Shown here one piece after another: positions 13,850 to 48,563 of a DNA stretch of 64,000 nt (the first letter of the stretch is position 1; every line of letters starts with the position of its first letter). The notes beneath the pieces are model-generated. The model was not told where the DNA came from, searched no databases, and saw only the letters and a list, made by a program, of their open reading frames with translations. Made by a program: the position numbers and the translations under genes. The stretch spans positions 8,374,001-8,438,000 of the forward strand of contig CAVNZM010000012.1 in NCBI GenBank assembly GCA_963693365.1, written 5' to 3'. The stretch is from Amoebidium appalachense (lineage: Eukaryota > Protista > Ichthyosporea).

Positions 13850-13991
13850 GAAGATTCATCTGAAAAATGACTATCAACATGGCAAAAGCTTACTAATATT
13901 ATTCGGCACCTTATCTTTGAACCCCCCTTTACTGATAAAGCAGTGCATATTGATCAAGCTTGCTTATTCACAACCAACCATTTTTTTCCAG

Positions 13992-26301
<12,310 letters not shown>

Positions 26302-26494
26302 GTGCGTATAATAAATGTCTTCCACAAAACATGCACGTATACATACACAGAAAACACGCACGTACACACACACACTTAGGAATGATGCACATGTACGCTC
26401 ACAGACACAGGAAGAGAGAGGGGGTGTGGGGGTGGGGAGGGTGGGGGAAGGAGGCTAGGCTGTGTGTGGAGGGGGGAGGGGGGGGGGGGGGGAG

Positions 26495-26526
<32 letters not shown>

Positions 26527-27207
26527 AGTAAGAGGAAAAGAGAGAGTGGGGGCGGGTGGGTGGCTGGGCGGATGTAGTTGTGTGTGTGCGTGTGTGGGGG
26601 AGGGGGGGGGGGGGGGGGTTTGCAGGCACCACCGCCAAAATACATGTTTGAGCTTTGGCGCACAATGGGGCACGATACTCGAAGAACGAAATGACACGGG
26701 CACACGTGTACACACACACTCACCTGTCCACGCACGAGCACATGCACACACACATGCACATGCACTTCACTTCCACACATTATGAAAAAAGGAAAGGAAG
26801 CAGGAGAAAATGTGCTCAGAGGGGAAATTTCCCAAGCCAACCCTCGGTGCATATAATGATTTCGGCATGCAGAAGAAAAAAGCAGGAAAAATATCAAAGA
26901 AACAGAGGCGCGTAGAGAGGGGGAAAACAGAAACAAAGAACAGAGAAACAGAAAGGCACACAGATTCATAAGAAAACAGAAACAGAGTGTAGACACGCAA
27001 CTTAGAAGGTGCGCACACAGCAACAAACACAGCATGGGAAGAGTTACCGAGCAGTGGAGTTTTACCAGGGGGTTTGATCTGATTGGTTGCTTGCACATAC
27101 CTTCTAACACGTGCATATTAGGGTGAACCGATCGATGCCAGTCTCCTGCAGGCTCTCAAGTTTGACGTGGACACTACCTGGTCCATACGGGTATAAACCC
27201 CCCCCCA

Positions 27208-27265
<58 letters not shown>

Positions 27266-27549
27266 GTGCATACTCTCTGTGTGCGCCTTTCTGGCAGAGT
27301 ATGTGCTGTACTTCATACCGTACACATTTCTATCCCTTCACCCCCCTCCCCCCTTGCCCCCTTCTCCACCCACCCACTGAGTGAATCTGAGTTAGGACTT
27401 GCGAGCAAGGTGAAGAGATGTTAACTCTGGTTGTGTGGATGAGTTTGTCCCCTTCTCCTTCCATGTCTTTTCAAAGTTGAGCTGGCTTATGAGGTGTACT
27501 CTCGGTGTGTGTGTATTTGTGGGGGAGGGTGTGTATGTGTGTGTGTGTG

Positions 27550-27583
<34 letters not shown>

Positions 27584-27767
27584 TTGCGTATCATTGTAGG
27601 TCGTCGTGTTCTGTATGGTATTTGTTGTTTGGAGATATTGCTTTAACTTGTCTTGATCGTCACCCACCCCCCCCCCCCCCCCCCCCCCCCCCCCACCCCC
27701 AACCCCACAATCTCCCTTCGTGCATACACACCACCAGCCACCAGCACCACCAGGTCACACACTTACA

Positions 27768-27840
<73 letters not shown>

Positions 27841-28364
27841 TCACTCACTCACTCACTCACTCACTCACTCACTCGCTCGCTCGCTCGCTCGCTCGCTCAC
27901 ACACACTCACACACTCACTCACTTGCTCGCTCACTCACTCACTCACTCACTCACTCACTCACTAACTCACTCACTCACTCACTCACTCACTCACTCACTC
28001 ACTCACTCACTCACACACACTCAAACACACCACTCACACACACCACTCACACTCACACTCACACTCACACACTCACTCAGTCACCACTCACTCGCTCACA
28101 CTCACACACTCGTACACGTACACGTACACTTATGTCATACTTTTGATACCCTTCACTTTGCCCTCTCCCCACATTCAAACCCCCCCAGTCTTCTTTCAGA
28201 GGTGTCCTTTCAGGACAGACCACTGTGTGGAGACCGCTTTACTTCCATGCAACCGGGCATGGTTGCTCTGTGTCGTGCATCTGTAAGCACATACGCATTT
28301 TTCGCTGCACTGCATTAGTTTGCACACACATCTTCACCGTTTTGCTCACCTTGCTTGCATAAGC

Positions 28365-28631
28365 AACCCTGCTCGTCTATGATCAAGACGGGTTGACCCG
28401 CCCAAGTTCAGTTGATGCTGCTGTCTGAGTTGGAGCGTCGTATATACGCGGGCTAAGGGGTCGAAATTCAGACGCAATTGATGACTTGGGTCCTCCCTGA
28501 GGATGGGCTGTGCTTATGACGCATACTGTGCACATGGCTGATGTTGCATACTTGAATGTTTGCCTTTGCATGTGACCTGCACCATGCTTCTCGTCGTGTA
28601 TGCGTACTTCGTACCGTGTTCCGCATTCAAA
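28365..28631 (+). repeat. Full-length copy of intronic structured repeat family (subfamily B)
   Basis: Same 5' end (AACCCTGCTCGTCT..GATCAAGACGGG) and 3' end (GCATTCAAA + C-run) as the 49427 copy; closely matches 58950-59125 on the minus strand. Confidence 0.85.
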
Positions 28632-29167
28632 CCCCCCCCCCCCCCCCCCCTTCCCCCCTTCTCCAACCCCCGCATTCTAACACCTCCCCCCCCCCCCCCC
28701 CCCCTCCCCCCTCTTCAGTCCCGCGCCACCTCCATCAACAGTTCCGTTGCACGACAAAGTGTTGAGAACCCCCTGACCCCACCCAGCCAGTAAGGGTTTT
28801 GCGTAAAAATCAGTTTCACCACACCACCATGACACAACATCACCAGGACATCCCAACGGTAGCATAGCCGTGCCTGTATGTGTTGAGTGTCTCTTTCTCT
28901 AGTTGGACGTCGACGGTAAAGGGTGCCGTTGTTTAAAGTGCACGTGCAAAAGACACATGTTCTCTCATCCGTGAAAACACACTCTCACACACGCATACAT
29001 ACACACACACACACACACACATACACACACTCACACACACACTCACACACACACCGTGCACACACGTGTTGGCAGGCACATGCACACACACACACACACG
29101 TCAGACACACGTATGCATGCGCAACCACACGTGCACACACAAGTACGCATGCGGACGCGCACGCACG

Positions 29168-29208
<41 letters not shown>

Positions 29209-29957
29209 GCGCGCGTGCACACACATGCACACACAAGCAAGCATTCATAGTGATGCTCTTGGCTGATAACCATAATCAATAGCACAGCGTGACAACCTTT
29301 CCTTGCAGATTATTAAATGTGTTCGTCTTTTGCCTACTAGGAATGATTCTAAAACCATGTAATCTTGTTTGTAGATTTTCTAGCTATGGTATTCTGCTCT
29401 ATGATGACTCTTGAATACATTATATATGAAGACTAGTAGATATGAATGAGTGGAAGCGAATGGGTGGTTATAGTAGTCTGAAGATTGAGGTAGGAATCGC
29501 GTTGTTGTATGGTAATAGTAATCTCAGGAAAATTAAATATGCATAAAAACATGTTAGCCTGTAGTGCTTGTAGTCGGCATTCATTGGTTGAATGGCCAGA
29601 TGTGACGTAACATGTGGCTCGAATGAATGCGGTCAGTAGAAGTTGTGGTTTTAAAACCACGACTCGGCTTGGGCCGGGCCTAAGAGCAGTGGTGTAGCAA
29701 CTTATAGGTTGCAGATGGGTGGGAAGCATGTAATGTTGTTTTTGAGATAAACTGGTGACGTCACAGATCAGATTCTCCCAGGCATGCAAAAATAAAGATT
29801 ATATATCCTGTGGATGTGCAGAATATCTATAGTTAATGGTGCTCTGAAATTCACATGACTCAGTGAAGTGTACGCGCGTGCATAAAACACATATTCACGC
29901 GTGGGTGGGTGCGTGCGCGAACGCAAACACATCCATCATGCACGCCCCAACACCAGC

Positions 29958-29995
<38 letters not shown>

Positions 29996-31917
29996 TGACA
30001 CACACACACACACAGACCCCCCCACCCCACTCGACCCCAACCACCATCACCACACATCAAAATCCTCGACGTCTGCCTGGTAGTATCCCTTTCATGCATG
30101 GGTTCCCCCCTGGAGAGCCAGCCCCCCCCCCCCCCCCCCCCCGCCGCCAATAAGCAGGAGAAGACAAAGATGATTGGAGATAAAACCAGAGGGGCTATTT
30201 CTCGAGATCTCACGGGTCATCCATTTCAAAGTTACTTTGTTCTTTCTTCCACACACACACACACACACCCTCCCCCCCCCTCCCCCCCACACCCCCACCC
30301 GGCCCAAAAAGAAGAAAGAAAGAAACTCCACAATTGCAAACCACACTGTCTCGAAGAGGCCCTTCTTAGAGATCTAGTTTTCATGACCTACATTTCCCCA
30401 TTACTGTCCAGAGTTATCTCTCTTTTTCTGTTATAGAGCATAAATGAGCATGTCCGAAAACGAAGTTCCGGAACCTGGCGAAGTTCAAATAGGAAACAAT
30501 GTGTCGACCACTGAACACATTTTTATGGAAGCGGTATGCGCGCATGCACCAATCACCTCCTCTATATATCACGTGCGCCTTGCAATTCGGCCAATTGGAT
30601 ATCACCGCACTTTTTTGGCTGTTCCCACACGTTTAATTAATCACGTGCACACAAGGTGAACGCTGCAACTCAAATCTCCCCTGTGACCCATCGGAATACT
30701 GTATACATACTGTATAAACTCCGAATCCATGTCATGCATATGTGAAAGTTTCGGCTCGCAGCTGCAGGCCCGGCCCCTAGGTGTTAGCAAAAAAAACCAA
30801 TGCCTTAAATATCCCGAAAAATATATGTGACAACTTTTTTTTTTTTTTTTTTTTTTACATGGATAATTAGGGGTTCGGCATCCTTAGGGGCTCTTAGAGG
30901 TATACTCTGATGAAACATTCAGGCTGGGTTTATTATATGGGATATATTTCGCGTGATTCAATGAGTACAATTTGGCAAACCACACTAGCTGGGGGGATTC
31001 ACTAATACACTGCTCCGGACACCGTTGCACCGGGACACAAGTATGTACATGTAAATAGGATTCTGCAACTCCCAAGGGATTTTTGAAATTGAAATGGGGA
31101 AGGGGGGAGTGGTAAATATCGACGTCCCCCCTGGTGGTACCCCCGTTCCCCCTCCCCAAGGTAGCCGCGGGGGGAGGGGGGGGGGAGGGGGAGGGGGAGG
31201 AGGGGGAGGGGGGGGGGGGGGGGGGCACCCCGGGTGTGCGCGTGATCATGGCCAGAATCTCTTTTCCACTCACCAAAGGTTGTATTCGTTACCCCCTTAT
31301 TTTTTTTTGGAGGACTTGCAATTGCTTCCCGAGCCATTGATCATGATGCATATCCACCCCCCCCCTCTCCCCCCCCCCCCCCCCCCCCCCCTCCCCCTCC
31401 GGCCTCCCCCCCCCCCCAACACACACACACACATGCACACACGTGCGCATCACACACACACACACTCACGCACACAAATTGTCACACACACACACACACA
31501 AACAGACTCCGCACAAAAGTGAAAACAAGGCTGCAATGCCTGAACAAACTTTCCAAGCAATATCACAAGAAGGGGTTAAAAATGGCTAAATCACAAGGTG
31601 TATTGTATTAGTTTAGGCTAACTAGAGGAAGGAAATTCCAAGCTATCTCAGCGAATATCTCGTTGTGTCTATGGCAACTGTGCTACTTATCCATTCTTAG
31701 CCCCGTCTGAAGCCCCGATCGAAATAAAATCTATTACTGATAATAATAAGAAATCCAAGACATAGGAACCATGATCCCTTACGCGAGGAACTGTATGTAT
31801 ATGATCGCGCTCTCAGTAAACAACATGTACACCCAGCCTCCACCCACCCCACTGGCCACTCGCTCGCGCCTGGGGTCCCCCTCAATAGCCAATACCTAAA
31901 AAGCAATGGGCCTTATG

Positions 31918-32345
31918 TAACACCGAGAGGATATACCGAGCAGAACCCACCTAAAAATCGAATGTGGCTGGGCCTCCGGCAGTGTCCACGCAATCAAAAG
32001 TGTGTAAACCCAAAAAATGCAACGATTTCTCTATGTTTACACGGTCTATCTCCCTGGGAGGAAAATCGATCGCGGCTACATTAGAAGGGGTTTACACACT
32101 TTTTATTGCGTGGACACTGCCGGAGGCCCAGCCACATTCGACGGCCTACTGCGTTTTCCAGCGCAGCCAATCAAATGCAGCATATGTACATGCGGGGGTT
32201 TACGCTGTTTACTCGAGGCAAAGATAGGCAACAATGAGCGCCATCGTAGTATATGACACCGGGGGTTTACGCTGTTTACTCGAGGCAAAGAGAAACCAGT
32301 CTCAGGTATGGGGGGGTTTTGCTCGGAATATCCCCTCAGCGGTAT
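31918..32345. mobile_element. MITE/non-autonomous DNA element with terminal and long internal inverted repeats
   Basis: Internal IR TCGAATGTGGCTGGGCCTCCGGCAGTGTCCACGCAAT.AAAAGTGTGTAAACCC (31958-32011) vs its reverse complement at ~32088-32141; imperfect TIRs GGATATACCGAGCA / TGCTCGGAATATCC; related fragment at ~13132-13160. Confidence 0.7.
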
Positions 32346-33360
32346 ATCATTATCACGTACATAGATGTCGGGCGATGACTACCTATATATCAGGGTTTAC
32401 TTTCTCTACGAGACACCATAAAGACTACAAGGAGAAATCAATTAGTTGGGGTCCTATTACATATTATGGGTAAGCAGAGGCTAGCATCGGTAGCTACGAA
32501 AGAAAGTTAAGGCACCGGATCACAATATCATACTGTGCAGCATTAATAAGGTGATCTAGGAAAGTCAATTAAAACGGATATATTGAGGAAGAGAGGAAGA
32601 AAAGAAAATAAAACCGCCAATAACCTCCGGTTTTAATACGTTAGCTAACAGGTTGCACTTATTGATAGATATGCAGCCGCGAGTAAACCGCCCCCCACAC
32701 ATATTACACATACGAGCAGGAGACACCAGAAACCGATTACACCGCCAATCCATAATCATCTTTGCGTTTTTACACAGTGTTCAGGTATCTCAGTATGCAC
32801 TTGTTACTGGATAACTCGTGAAGTTTTTATTGTCTTCTCAGTATGCCGTGCATACTTGCATATCTTTCCGTCGAATAAATCCAGTCAAAAGAAAAAAAAA
32901 AAGTTTTTACACCACACCACATTACGAATAAACGAATCTATTGCCTATGTATGCCATGTGACGAGACGCTGGGTTTTGCCGTCTTCTATGATAGACAGAA
33001 AAATTCTCTAATACGATCAATCGATTCCGCCGCTCGCGGCGGCCAGGCCCAGCGCTTTCGGCCGCGGACTTTTCTGCCAACTTTGCTTGCGCTTTGCACC
33101 CTTTCTCGTTACTTTTTCTCATACAAAAAGTGCTTTCCTTATGTGCAAGAACCTTGTTCCGTGTTATTCTGGCCCCTACACTTTTGAATGGTGGTGATGT
33201 GTGTGGAATGTGGCTCCGAGAAGCCTTCCCTTTTCGCTCTCTCCCTTGCTCCCTTATCCAGCCCCCGTGACGACTGCTTTTCCTAGGCTGGAGGCACCAG
33301 AAAGGCTGTCTACTTCACACAATGGAGCTCGTGTTTAAAGTTCTTTAGCATAGAACACAC

Positions 33361-33682
33361 ATGGATCGTGTTCCATTGCACAGAAATGCTGTTTGTAAGG
33401 TCAGTGCTCCCAGTGAGATCTGCCACAGTAGTCTGCACCTGAGCGAGATGACGTTGTTTAAAGACGAGCTCAGCCACCCAGTACGTATACTAAGCCTTCG
33501 TGAGGTAACAGAAACCCCACATATGCTGTTGTTTCACTGCAACTTTCGAAGTTTGTGACGCTCAGCAGTTACCAGACTCAGACCTTGCCAAGGCCGAGGT
33601 GGTACACACAATTCTCAATACGGCCCGTGCGGCCATCTTTGCACTAGCCAAAATCGAGCTGGAAGAGAAACTGGGTGCTTAA
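33361..33682 (+). CDS. Small two-exon ORF of unknown function (33361-33504, 33566-33682; 86 aa)
   Basis: GT-AG phase-0 intron joins ...VRILSLRE to QLPDSDLAKAEVVHTILNTARAAIFALAKIELEEKLGA*; non-repetitive, helical-looking C-terminus; no family recognised. Confidence 0.4.
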
Positions 33683-34060
33683 ACGGCGCTAACTTGAATA
33701 AAATTTACACCCAAGTGCACTAGTGGCACCCTGCAAACAAACCGTACCTAACTGGCAATCCCCTCCCCTACACACAAAAGGTGTGCAATCTTATTACTTT
33801 CTGAGCACGTGGGTAACATGGCGCACGTAAGCACTACCGTGACGGCCACCAGCTATGTTGAGCTGTGTTTGCCGTTTGTGTTTTGTAATCATATACTTTA
33901 TGCGCCTGCACTTATTATTTCGAATCTGGCTCTTTGCCCACACCACGGTAAATGGTTGACAGTTAGCACAAAAAATGGTCTGTTAAACACAAACCACGTT
34001 TCCGGGGGGGGGGGGGGGGGGGGGGGGGGGAGGGGGGGAGGGGAGGGGGAGTGTGTGAGA

Positions 34061-34099
<39 letters not shown>

Positions 34100-35738
34100 T
34101 GTGTGTGTGAAGAAAGAGAGAGTGTGTGTACGTGTGTGTGTTTGTGTATGTCTGTGTCTGTCTTTGTGTGTGAGTGACAGAGAGAGAGTGTGTGTGTGCG
34201 TGTGTGTGTACGTATGTGTGGGGGGTGGGGGGAAGAGAGAGAGAGGGAAAGAGAAAGTGTGTGTGTACGTGTGTGTGTTGGCGGGGGGGGGGGGGGGGGA
34301 GAGGAGAGGGGGGGAGAGGGAGAGAGAGAGAGGAGAGGGAGAGACAGAGGAGAGGGGGAGAGAGAAAGAGAGAGGGAGAGCGAGAGAGAAAGTGTGTGTG
34401 TGTGTGAGGAGGTTAACACCATCTGGTGTAACATACAGTTACGTTCAGGTTCGATGCCTGCACGTCCCATATTTGCCATAGCAACATCACGTCTACACAC
34501 AGTGCATGCTGCCTGCCTCTCAGGTTGGTTTTGTGCCTGCATGTTGCATTTTTGCCATGGCAACCCAGAGCTACACGTGCTCTGGCCAAAGACTTACCTA
34601 CTGCACATGCCCCAGGGCGTGCAATCTCACCGGCCAGCACGTGTCGTAGGGTTTGTAACGTCCCTGCATGTTCCGCACCTTCGTTTTACGGGGCTCTACA
34701 CAAGGTGGGGCGACCAAATATTAGGCATTACCCAAAGAAAACTCATTTGACGTACATAATCGGGTAGTTGGGCATATAATGGTTACAGTAACATGATACT
34801 ATTAACCGTTAAAATACGTGTGTAGTAGTATAGAAATTTGGGCCTATGATCTCCCCTGGCTGTGTATACAATTTGCGATCGCGATCGGCACCGGGATTTT
34901 CGATATTGTGGGCCAGCAGCTATCGTAGGGCCAGTTTATTTATAGAAACTCAAGGTATTTTCGGAAGCTCACAAAGGCCCAGCTTTGAAGCCACCATCAC
35001 GGTCGTAACGTCGTTTTGCCACCCTCTTATCTTGTTGGTTATATCCAATCAGATGCCAGGACTGTGCCACACTCTAATTTGACATCAAGCTGAAACTAAC
35101 TTTAACTAAAAATATTATAAGTACCTTGCTACAATCAATCACATAAGAGTATTTATATGATTTTGAGCAAAAGCAACCGAATTCTTTGCTTTATTTATCT
35201 TCAAAGCACGCCAGTTTCTAAAGACGGTATGATACGTGGAATGCGCTTTATGGAGTATTCCCAGCAGTGCAGCTATTGGCCCAAAAATGAACACTCCCAG
35301 AGACTGACGAGAAGAGCGTAAAGACATAAGAAACAATAGTTCATATATACTTTTTTTAGAAAGAAACAATATTAAAAATTATCAAATTTATCAATAGCAT
35401 GACGGTTTATAGGTATGTTGCTTTTAATCCGCAAAGCAACAAAATCTGTGTTCAAGGCGTTTCTCGGAAATTCGGAATGTGCTATGTAAACTTTCCTATT
35501 GGCGCACTATCACATCCACGTGGTAGCTTGTACCAAGTTGGGGCATCCCACCAAGAAAGGGGGGCAAATTATTGACATGGCTACGTGTGCAACGTCTTCC
35601 AGATTGACGTTCAGTGTGCACAATCGTAACCAGCGGAAACGAATTTTTTTGCCGTGTGGGCGTAGCGCTTTGCGACAACATAAACCGAAGAAAACCCCCG
35701 AGAGTCTCACTTAGCTAGTTTGGAGAAAAGAGAGCAAA

Positions 35739-36996
35739 ATGCTGAAAATACAAAGTAATAGTAGTAGTATTAGTAATAATACCATGTTACTAGGCACGAC
35801 CTGCTCGAAAGCTCTGTAAGTACCCCTTTTTCCCCAACAGGTTTTGCTCGCGGTTACTGCTCTGCATGTTTTTGTACGCAGTGTATTGTCTTCTTATTGT
35901 AGGAAGGAATCGGTAGGGAATGAACGTTTGAGCTCGATGTGCACGGAGCAAATGTCGGAACTTGTAGAGCCATAGCTGTCAAAGGAATGCTTAGTATGAG
36001 TGGGAGAAGGCAGAGTGGTGACTCGCGTTGTCTTGAACTCTCAAGCCTGTTAGAGTTGAAGCTAACTTATGTTACTTATAAGCAGCTTCTTGTTTTTGGA
36101 GAGTACGAGTGGGAGACGAGTGGGAGAGGAAATTTTTGGAAAAAAATCCCCTTTATGTAGTTTGCCGAAGCTTTGCCATCTTGACATATGCCCCTCTGCC
36201 ACGATTAGCTTGAACCAAATTATTCGTCAACTTACTCTTTCCTCTTCACAGCGCCGACGCACAACAGCACTGCTTTTTTCTCGGTCGGAAGACCGGGTGG
36301 TGTTCCTGATGTCCGCGTGGAGCGAGTGAAGAGAGACCCTGGTGGCCTCTACCGACGTGTGTTCGGTAACGAGGTCGACCTACCCGAGCTGCCCTCAGCA
36401 TACTTGCACATTCACGGTGGTGGCAGCCCGTGGATGGCTGTGTTGACAGACGCCGGGCGCTTGTATGTTGATGGCAACAGCATACAGACACAGACACGCG
36501 AGTCCTTGGTCACGCTGCTGGATGTGGCCGAAACGGTGCTCCGTGCGCGCGAGTTGGTTATGTGCCTGGGGCCTGACATCAGTGACAGAGGTAGGCTTTT
36601 CTCGAGCAAGCTTGTTTCCAAGTGGTATGCCGCCTTTTTAGAACACCAGTCTGTCGTACGATGTGGTCTCCGTCGTATTTTTGTGTGGTCAATCAATAGT
36701 ATCTGAGCGGATATAGCTCTCGTAAACAGTGCAGATTCCCTTTCTACCTTCTATGGAAAGCAAACTAAACGTCCTTTGCCTCTTCAGCCTCTGCTGTCAA
36801 GTCGCTGATGTTTGTTGGTCTTCGAGTCATCAAGCCGGGTTCGGGGCTCTACCCCTGCTGCAGTGACGATGTCATGTTTGGCTGCCGTTTTGCCGGGGCA
36901 TATCCAGCTGCACCGAAGGTCACCCCCAAGCCCAGCACTGAGAAGAAAACAATCCGTTTGGTCAAGAGAGCGCCACCTGTTATTCAGGCCGGTTAA
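35739..36996 (+). CDS. OAZ1: Ornithine decarboxylase antizyme, +1 programmed frameshift; exons 35739-35815, 36252-36590, 36788-36996
   Basis: ORF1 MLKIQ...HCFFLGRKTGWCS* ends in GGG TGG TGT TCC TGA T (stop 36307-36309); ORF2 in +1 frame DVRVERV...RESLVTLLDVAETVLRARELVMCL...DR|ASAVKSLMFVGLRVI matches the antizyme core. Confidence 0.92.
36295..36312 (+). promoter_or_regulatory. Antizyme +1 ribosomal frameshift site (UGU UCC UGA U)
   Basis: Matches the conserved metazoan/S. pombe-type UCC-UGA-U shift site preceded by W-C codons. Confidence 0.9.
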
Positions 36997-37574
36997 CGCC
37001 AACTTTTTCATTTATTCCTTTTTGAAGAAACTTCGAGGACATCAATTATCATAGGAAGAGGCTCTCACTGTATGTTTTAGGTGCTTTTGTGCCGTGTCTG
37101 CAACACAACTCTTGTGTTGGAATTTCGGTGTCAATGAACAAATATAGGATCTGTTTATGTTATCACAGATTAGCGCCACTGGCTGGCGGTTATGGAAGTA
37201 TTTTTATGATGTTGGCGCCTGAGGGCAACTGCTGGCTATCAAGGGATGTCGAATAAAAATCCTCGGCCCTGCATGGTGTGGGCAGTTTACAATCTGGAAC
37301 TACCTATGTACCTTTTCTTTTTTATGTAGTGACTTGATTGTAACTGTGACGAGATCTCTAAATTGTGCTGTGTGGCACACAGCCTTTGCTGTGGTGCAGG
37401 CCAATGACCTTGATCATGAAGGTGGGCGGCCGGTGATTGCCCAAGGCCTTACAACATACAAATGACCGACTTCTCTCATCTGCCAAAATGGGGGGGGCAG
37501 TGAAGATGAATAAAAATTCTGTGTGTTCACGTTCACGGTGTGTGTGTTAGATGGTGGTGGGGGTACCCGGTGGT

Positions 37575-37940
37575 GATGTGTGTGTGGGTATACGTAGGGT
37601 GGGGTGGTGATGGTGGTTGGGGAGGGGAGGAGGAGAAGGGGGAAGGCCGGGAACCTTGGGAAGAGGGGGGGGGGGGGGGGAGGGGAGGCACTGTAGTACC
37701 CACAAATATGTCCTGTATGTATGTATAGCTGCTTTACTTTAGCTTTGTAAGGATTACAACAATACCTGTGTGTGGGTATACGTTGGGTGGGGTGGTCTGG
37801 TGGTGCAGGGTGGTGGTGGTTGGGGATGGGGGGAGGGGAGGGGAGGAGGAGAAGAGGGAAGGCGGGAACCTCAGGAACAGGTCGGGGGGGGGGGGAGGGG
37901 GGGAGGCACTGTAGTACCCACAAATATGTCGTGTATGTAT
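37575..37940. repeat. Intergenic tandem duplication, 2 x ~190 bp
   Basis: TGTGTGTGGGTATACGT...GAGGCACTGTAGTACCCACAAATATGTC.TGTATGTATGTATAGCTG occurs twice. Confidence 0.8.
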
Positions 37941-38413
37941 GTATAGCTGTTTTGCTTTAGCTTCAATGATAAGCATCACAACAATACCCATCACATGTTC
38001 ATCGCCAGCACATCCTCTGGCTGTTTTCTGCAAGTTGGGCTTCAAAGGTTACTCTACGTATGAAGACATTATCCTAGAGATTTTTCAGTTCGTTTCACTG
38101 GTGACCTTGCTCTTTGTGACGTCATATCTTGCAGACTACTGCCGAGTTTGCGCAATCCTCAGAGCCATCACGAGGTTCAGTCGCGATCAAAGAAAAAGTC
38201 ACCAGTCAAGTTTGTGCGAGTCTGAGTGCGAGTCTCAAAACATTGAATGACGCTATCCATCACTGTAGCGGGGTAAAGGGTGACCTAACAGATGTGCTCG
38301 GCTGTTGTTTGACCTTAGAAGAGGGCAACTTCACAGCTTAGTTACAGATGTCAAGCACGACACACACGTAGAGACACCGAGAGTTACGGGTGCCACAGGC
38401 AGGCGAGGAGAAA

Positions 38414-46975
<8,562 letters not shown>

Positions 46976-47423
46976 AGTTGGATTGGGTTGTGTGGGGACT
47001 TGTAAATGTGTGCTGGCGGCTGGAGGTGCTTGGCGATGCTGTGTAATCTTTATTTTTTTATATGTTTCTGGGAAGGTTGGTAAGGCTGTGTGTAAATGCG
47101 TGTGTATGTGTGTGTGTGTGTGTGGATGTGTGTGTGTGTGTGTTTTTTTTTTTTTTTTGGGGGGGGGGGGGGGGATACGTAACCCAAGGTGTCTTAATTC
47201 TTACTAGTATTCGTTATACTTGCGCTCGAAACGTTTGACTGGGCACATGTTTTTTTTTTGTTGTTGTTGCTGCTTTCCTCAGCCCTTGTTCATGACACTA
47301 CGGGTCTGGTTGAGAAATACAGCGCAATGTTTCTTTGTGGGATATTGGTGGGGCGATGTAAATTACTATGTTATTGGGTGTATCTACTATGGTTTCTCCC
47401 TTTTGCTTTTTCCATGGGAAGGG

Positions 47424-47466
<43 letters not shown>

Positions 47467-47493
47467 TGTTGGAGGGGTAGGGGGCCGCTGGGT

Positions 47494-47526
<33 letters not shown>

Positions 47527-48039
47527 AAACTTCTGTGCTGGTCACAGACCCTGTTACAATCAATAGAATGCGGAGTCGAGGTTGAAATATTGATGTCACT
47601 CTTTGAGGCACAACACGTACAGCACAAAATCAAACCCAGGCTGTTGCACGAGAATGAGACTTTTGTGTAATCGATTGATGGTGATTTTACTTGTTGTGCG
47701 ATCTTTTTTGGCGCTTTTTGAAATGGTTTTTGGGTTTTTTCCCCCGAATTGTTCGAGATATGATTTGAGATAATCGATATCGTAACCAACATCTGGCGGA
47801 CCAAATTGTTGACTTACGTCAGACTTTGCTACGTGCATATGTATGATTTTACACCTTGAAATAAAGCTAGCAATTCAAAGCACATCTGAATAAAGCATGG
47901 GAATTCCAAATATAATATGCATACTCAAAAGTACACCACCACTCCCGTGTTTTTTTTTTTTTTTACACGATATGTAAAATCACATAGATAACACAAAATT
48001 TCAAGATATCAAAGTTTGAAAGCGGTTTTGTTCCTGAAT

Positions 48040-48170
48040 CCTGATTGGTTCAGATCCAGGTTTTGGCGCGCTAGCTTCTTAACCAATCACCAGACGCTTT
48101 TTATTGCCTTTTATAGTTGGACATTTGATCCACAGGCTGGACCACAGCTTGTTACGTCACTTCCGAAGAA
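48040..48170. promoter_or_regulatory. Putative promoter of the orphan gene (CCAAT boxes, CRE/ETS-like motif)
   Basis: CTGATTGG and AACCAATCA, then TTACGTCACTTCCG, ~400-520 nt upstream of ATG 48564. Confidence 0.3.
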
Positions 48171-48563
48171 AAAGGCGCGCAACTCCCGCGGAGAGTTCAC
48201 CGAGGGCGCACTTGGGCGCGCCACTCCTGCGAGCTGCGCAGAAACCTCAGAAACATGAGACGGAAACGGCATCTCTCTCTTATTAGAAATAGAACTTATT
48301 GTTGCGGTTGGGTGTAAGACAATACAGATGTTTGGGTAGTTGAGAGTATGATACATCGTTAATTAGTAGTCCAGGTGAAATGTTTTACGCCATGTTTGCT
48401 TGAGCAATCCTCTCAGCTTTATCGCTCTCATACAAGCATTTCGCGCATTAAAACAACCAAACAACCGGTTTTCAGAATTTTTTTAACACTACCGCCCCTT
48501 TTTTCCTGTTTTCTCTTGCTTGCCCTGCCACATGCTCGAACGAATCTCGTTCCATGTTCGAAG

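Noticed and set aside
27396-27492. In-frame TGA as selenocysteine or readthrough in the PIP kinase tail
   Set aside because: A donor site overlapping the TGA explains the frame more simply; no SECIS or conservation evidence.
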